A DNA stretch of 64,000 nucleotides from Raillietiella orientalis (lineage: Eukaryota). The translations under genes and the position numbers were made by a program. Shown here in pieces: positions 63,862 through 64,000 of this stretch. Within the stretch, counting starts at the first letter, position 1. Every line of letters begins with the position of its first letter. Below the pieces are notes generated by a model. The model had not been told where the DNA came from. It worked only from the letters and a program-made list of their open reading frames with translations, and did no database searches. Where the stretch lies: assembly GCA_036172245.1 (NCBI GenBank), contig JAYWIR010000016.1:434001-498000 (forward strand), written 5' to 3'.

Positions 63862-64000
63862 TATAGGTTTATCACCCGCCGGAACATTTATTATAAAAAA
63901 TAAAATAAACACACGTCTGTAGGGCCATCGGCCCTACATCGTCCGAAAATGTTCGGAACCTACCGAGTAACTGGCACGCAGGCCGGCTGGGTTCGCATCG
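63862..64000 (-). mobile_element. LINE 3' terminus running off the window end
   Basis: Reverse complement resembles 13091-13240; perfect 9-bp stem TGTAGGGCC/GGCCCTACA at 63918-63938; AATAAA (minus) at 63887-63892. Confidence 0.6.

Noticed and set aside
1..64000. CRISPR array, prokaryotic operon or defence system
   Set aside because: No regularly spaced repeats or dense operon-like ORFs; spliceosomal introns and eukaryotic TEs show eukaryotic DNA

Overview
GC-rich eukaryotic, probably arthropod, genomic DNA. Only one intact protein-coding gene is supportable: a spliced minus-strand fend (forked end)-like gene at ~40.6-50.2 kb. It encodes a signal peptide, a Cys-rich region, FN3-like domains and a TM helix, and has several very short (40-54 nt) introns. 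An intronless, frameshifted pseudogene of the C-terminus of sas (stranded at second; FN3-FN3-TM-NPxY) lies at 33.7-34.5 kb. The rest is heavily decayed transposable elements: eight copies of a ~0.7-0.85 kb tRNA-derived SINE, Tx1/L1-like LINE pieces with a conserved 3' stem-loop, CR1/L2-like RT remnants, many Ty3/Gypsy gag/pol fragments, ISL2EU/Harbinger-like (SWIM-YqaJ plus DDE) remnants and a possible THAP/P-element remnant. The most striking structural signal is three near-identical inverted duplications (288 bp, ~790 bp and 1289 bp arms). One clearly marks a staggered-break micro-inversion that split a LINE. Another brackets a 27 kb segment containing the whole fend-like gene. All family assignments come from motif recognition by eye, not from database searches.
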